This document shows positions 16,337 through 20,000 of a stretch of DNA of 20,000 nt, in pieces. The first letter of the stretch is position 1. Each line of letters begins with the position of its first letter. The position numbers and the translations under genes are program-made. This DNA comes from Stramenopiles sp. TOSAG23-3 (lineage: Eukaryota): positions 48,437 through 68,436 of the forward strand of contig LT642151.1 in NCBI GenBank assembly GCA_900128585.1. Direction: 5' to 3'. Below the pieces are notes generated by a model. That model was given only the letters and a program-made list of their open reading frames with translations. It was not told where the DNA came from and ran no database searches.

Positions 16337-17278
16337 TTACTTTTGTGCTACGATATAACGATAAGTGCTTGTTTTTATCACAACATCACCATTTTCATCA
16401 ATCATTCCATGATTTGTGATCGCATCACGCATTGCATTCGCAGCTGTACCAAACACGTCATCGCCATGTTTCCCACCTTCTTGTAATCCAACCAAAGATG
16501 GATTGACTGGAATGAGACAAGTTTTGATTGTATCTTCATTGTCAAATGCACCAAGATTAATATCAATTAATGCTGTTTCATTATGACGTCCAAGAGTTTT
16601 AAAACCAGCATCTGCAAGGGAAGTATTTACAAGATCTGGATCTTTAAGACTTAAAGGATTAATTGGTGGTGGTGGTGGAGCTTCACCCAATACCTTTGTC
16701 ATTGTTTCTCCGAGCAATGGCAATATGTAAAATTCTTCCCATACTGTACCAACCAACAAACCACCATCACGCAAAACGGTATGAATTTCATTCAAGCTAC
16801 CAGGTAAATCTTCTGTAAACATAAGAGCAAATTGAGCAGTCACAAGGTCAACAGGTCGTTGTGTCACTGGACTAAAATCATTAAGGTCCATTACTCCAGT
16901 GGTCACACGATCACCGACACCAGCGTCTGCAATTCTGTCTTCTGCAAGTGTTAACATAGCTTCTGCACCATCTGTTAAAAAAACATTTGCCTCTGGAAAT
17001 CCACGAGCAAGTGTAAGCGCTGGTTCTCCTGGCCCAGATGCAATATCCACTATATGGTTAATAGGTTCTCCACCGGTCAATTGTCGTGTCTCTTTTACAA
17101 TTTCTTCCGTCTTGTTCCAAGCACTTTCTGCTTGATTAAAAAAATTAAGATACAATCTTGCCATATCACCATCAAACGTTGTTGCCATGGCACGTGTACT
17201 TGTACTAGTTAAAATATTATTATTATGACTACTACGTTTCATTGTTGAACGTATAGCTACATTCATTGCATTCATCAT
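16337..17278 (-). CDS. Class I SAM-dependent methyltransferase (UbiE/Methyltransf_11/25-like) with possible mitochondrial presequence
   Basis: 313 aa. Motif I IVDIASGPGEP, acidic residue after strand 2 (LTDGAEAML), GVMD, VDLVTAQFALMF, EIHTVLRDGGLLVGTVW. N-terminal ~30 aa rich in R/S/T/N/M with no acidic residues. Confidence 0.9.
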   Translation of the reverse strand: MMNAMNVAIRSTMKRSSHNNNILTSTSTRAMATTFDGDMARLYLNFFNQAESAWNKTEEIVKETRQLTGGEPINHIVDIASGPGEPALTLARGFPEANVFLTDGAEAMLTLAEDRIADAGVGDRVTTGVMDLNDFSPVTQRPVDLVTAQFALMFTEDLPGSLNEIHTVLRDGGLLVGTVWEEFYILPLLGETMTKVLGEAPPPPPINPLSLKDPDLVNTSLADAGFKTLGRHNETALIDINLGAFDNEDTIKTCLIPVNPSLVGLQEGGKHGDDVFGTAANAMRDAITNHGMIDENGDVVIKTSTYRYIVAQK

Positions 17279-17582
17279 TTTTTATTGTTGTTGTTATAAT
17301 TTCTTAATTGTTTGTTTTATAGCAGTTCTGAATTGGGTTTTCACGTAGAAAAAGGGAGAAAGAAATGAACAAGTGCCACATCAATTCACTCACTCGGAGG
17401 TGGTTCGAGTAAACAACTTGGGTTTGGTATTACATCAATATTGTATTATACTTTGGACGATTATTAGCTGATGTGAAAAAAAAAAGGTGTGATCTCCAAC
17501 TACTTTGAGATCCCCTGTTGTATTATTTCAATTATTCAACGAATGGATAGAATTTCTTTCCTTCTTCCTTTCCCCTCTCCCC

Positions 17583-17774
17583 TCTTCTTCTTCTATTCTA
17601 TCTTTTCTTCTTCTTCTTCTTCTTCTTCTTCTTCTTCTTCTTCTTCTTCTTCTTTCTTCTTCTTTCTTCTTCTTCTTTCTTCTTCTTCTTCTTCTTCTTC
17701 TTCTTCTTCTTTCTTCTTCTTCTTTTTCTTCTTTCTTCTATCTTTTCTCTTCTTTCTTTCTTCTTCTTCTTCTT

Positions 17775-17804
<30 letters not shown>
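17583..17804. repeat. Compound (TTC)n/(TTTC) pyrimidine microsatellite, about 220 bp
   Basis: Long TTC arrays broken by TTTC units and two copies of TTCTATCTTTTC; produces the spurious poly-S/L/F ORFs. Confidence 0.95.
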
Positions 17805-17807
<3 letters not shown>

Positions 17808-18375
17808 ATTTATTAGATTATTTCCCTTACTTAGTAGAGTAGAGTATTCTATTGTATTTTAAAATAGCTATTTCATGTTTATAATAATAATATATTAGTC
17901 TATATATGACACAGCATCAAAATAACAATTTTTCTTTTTTTCTTTTTTTTTCTTTTTTTCTTCTTCTTCTACCAAAGAGTATCTTGGTATCTTTCTTTCT
18001 GGTAATAAATAGCTGATGATGAAAAAAAAAAGATTACAAAATAATAAGCCACAATTAAGGTTTGTGTCTATCTAGATTTATTAATATCGTATTGAGGATA
18101 CGTTCTTTCGGGATTATTATATACCGGTCCTCCCTTATTAGCAAACCATTAACTCCAAGTCAACAACAACAACATCCGATTCTTTATTATTCCGAAGAAG
18201 AGGGGGGGCAAGCTACCTGGGTACCTCAATCAATTGTTGCTTTATCGTCATTTGTGTATATATATTGCGCGGGTACATAATTATTTAAATTGAAAAAGAG
18301 GAAATAAATTTCGTAAATATATTAATACTCAGAGTGTCGATTTTAAAACGTACAACGATCAAACGAACGAACGAT

Positions 18376-19509
18376 ATGAAACGTGCAACGTTTTGCAGTG
18401 TGATGTTAGCCGCGTGCACGGCCGCTGGAGCCGCGGGGCTCAATGAAGTCAGTATTTCCAGCCCCCAGCTGGAGCTGGTTGCCGACTTTGGTTGGGAACA
18501 CCAACCCACAGGAATTGCTGTATCTTCAAGCGGCAGAACCTTTGTAAGCTTCCCTCGCTGGTTTACCAACTTTACTGGCCCGTCGGTCGCCGAAGTGAAG
18601 GACGGCCTCCTGTTTCCGTACCCAAACAATGATTTGAACTCGTGGACCGCTGGCGAGGACGGTTCGTCAAAGTTTGTCTGCGTCCAGAGTGTATTTATTG
18701 ACCATTTGGACCAAATGTGGATTCTCGACCCGGGAAACGCGTACTTGGGCACCGCTATTGTTGACGGCCTCCTACCCAACATCACAAAGGATGCACCGAA
18801 GCTCATGCGGGTAGACTTAAAGTCTGATAAAATTGTCCAAACTATCCACTTCGACGAAACCGCAGCGCCGGTCCACTCCTACCTGAACGACGTGAGAATC
18901 AGCGTGGATGGCAATTTTGCTTTTCTCTCGGATTCGAACATGGGGGGCATCAAAGTGGTCGATTTAAAGGCCGGGACGACCCGCGTTTTGCTCGGAGACC
19001 ACCCATCGACCCACTCGGAACCAAACACGGTCCCAGTCGTGGAAGGGCAGCCCATGTTGCTACCGAACGGATCCCCGGCGGCATTTCAATCCGATGGAAT
19101 TGCAGTGATCGGTGAGGAGCTGTACTACCATGCCGTCACGGCCCGGACACTGTACAAAATCAGCGTTGGTTTGCTCACCGATGCTTCCAAGACCAAGATG
19201 GAAGTCGAAGCTGGTGTTACCAAAGTAGCGGTGTCTGGCATGCCAGACGGAATGGTGACTTGCGGCGACATCAAGTCCGGGTCGCTGTACATGACTGCCG
19301 TGGAAAAGGACGGTGTTGACTACCTATCCAATGATGGGTACAATCGCGTGCTCCCCTTCATTTCCAACGAATTGTTGGAATGGCCGGATAGTCTTTCTTG
19401 CACGTCAACGCACCTGTACATCACTGCGTCGCAGGTCAACACTGCGCCGTTTATCAAAGATGCCCGGCCAAGGCGCAACCCCTACCAACTTTACCGTGTC
19501 GCCTTTTAA
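18376..19509 (+). CDS. Yellow / major royal jelly protein (MRJP) family secreted beta-propeller
   Basis: ATG at 18376 (track uses GTG 18334), 377 aa. Signal peptide MKRATFCSVMLAACTAAGAAG; family motifs PTGIAVSSSGRTFVSFPRW, PYPN, FVCVQSVFID..DQMWILDPG, PKLMRVDL, SYLNDVRI, AFLSDS, DGIA, WPDS. Confidence 0.88.
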   Translation: MKRATFCSVMLAACTAAGAAGLNEVSISSPQLELVADFGWEHQPTGIAVSSSGRTFVSFPRWFTNFTGPSVAEVKDGLLFPYPNNDLNSWTAGEDGSSKFVCVQSVFIDHLDQMWILDPGNAYLGTAIVDGLLPNITKDAPKLMRVDLKSDKIVQTIHFDETAAPVHSYLNDVRISVDGNFAFLSDSNMGGIKVVDLKAGTTRVLLGDHPSTHSEPNTVPVVEGQPMLLPNGSPAAFQSDGIAVIGEELYYHAVTARTLYKISVGLLTDASKTKMEVEAGVTKVAVSGMPDGMVTCGDIKSGSLYMTAVEKDGVDYLSNDGYNRVLPFISNELLEWPDSLSCTSTHLYITASQVNTAPFIKDARPRRNPYQLYRVAF

Positions 19510-20000
19510 AGACGGCACGAACTTTAAAAAAAAATAATACACACCACGGAAACGTGATGTTTAATACTTGATGTATTAGTGTATTAATAAGAATAGCGTC
19601 TAAAAAATACTAAAAAATACTAAAATTAAATAGATACTTCGTACTATTTTTAAAAACAGATCTTTCTTTATATCAAGGAACGCTGTGTCCTTGGCCGTGA
19701 CTGTTTTGCGTTGGATGCATGGCCCCTCTTCCTTTTCTTGGCATAATTAATTCTTTATGAGATATGGGCCATTATTTTGTTTTTATCTCAAAATATCATG
19801 TAGAATATAACTTAAACATTTTACTATTTGTTTTTCATGTATAACTTTATACCATTGGTAATTCGTAAGAGTAAAAAAAACAAATTGTATAGTATGTTTT
19901 AAGACTCTCATTTTAAATCAAATATTACTACTTCAAATCCAACCCTAATCCTATCTCGATTTTTTAATTTGATTTTTTAATTTCTTAATTTCGTTTCGTC

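Noticed and set aside
17489-17842. Poly-Ser and poly-Leu ORFs
   Set aside because: Translations of the TTC microsatellite.
1-20000. Prokaryotic or giant-virus origin suggested by intronless genes
   Set aside because: Atlastin, class I PDE, IQ/EF-hand and dynein-like domains, kilobase microsatellite-rich spacers and absence of operons or viral hallmark genes indicate a eukaryotic nuclear genome.

Overview
Gene-dense eukaryotic DNA, most likely a flagellated protist (possibly a stramenopile; this cannot be established from the sequence alone). Seven apparently intronless genes, mostly GC-richer than their AT-rich, microsatellite-containing spacers: (1) a TPR protein with an N-terminal hydrophobic segment, running off the left edge (-), missed by the ORF track; (2) a class I cyclic-nucleotide phosphodiesterase (+); (3) a ~2076-aa multidomain protein (-) combining an EF-hand pair, a dynein-stalk microtubule-binding-domain-like module, a long charged helix, two IQ motifs, five EF-hand-type repeats and an inositol polyphosphate kinase domain; (4) a small secreted six-cysteine prepropeptide (+); (5) an atlastin-type ER fusion GTPase (+); (6) an AT-rich SAM-dependent methyltransferase (-); (7) a Yellow/major royal jelly family protein (+). 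The most interesting candidate is gene 3, which looks like a motor-less, microtubule-tethered, Ca2+/calmodulin-regulated inositol phosphate kinase lying tail-to-tail with the phosphodiesterase. Also notable: the toxin-like peptide precursor, a 19-nt element shared by both convergent 3' spacers, and a possible 16-nt intron. All domain calls are from motif recognition by eye; no database search was run.
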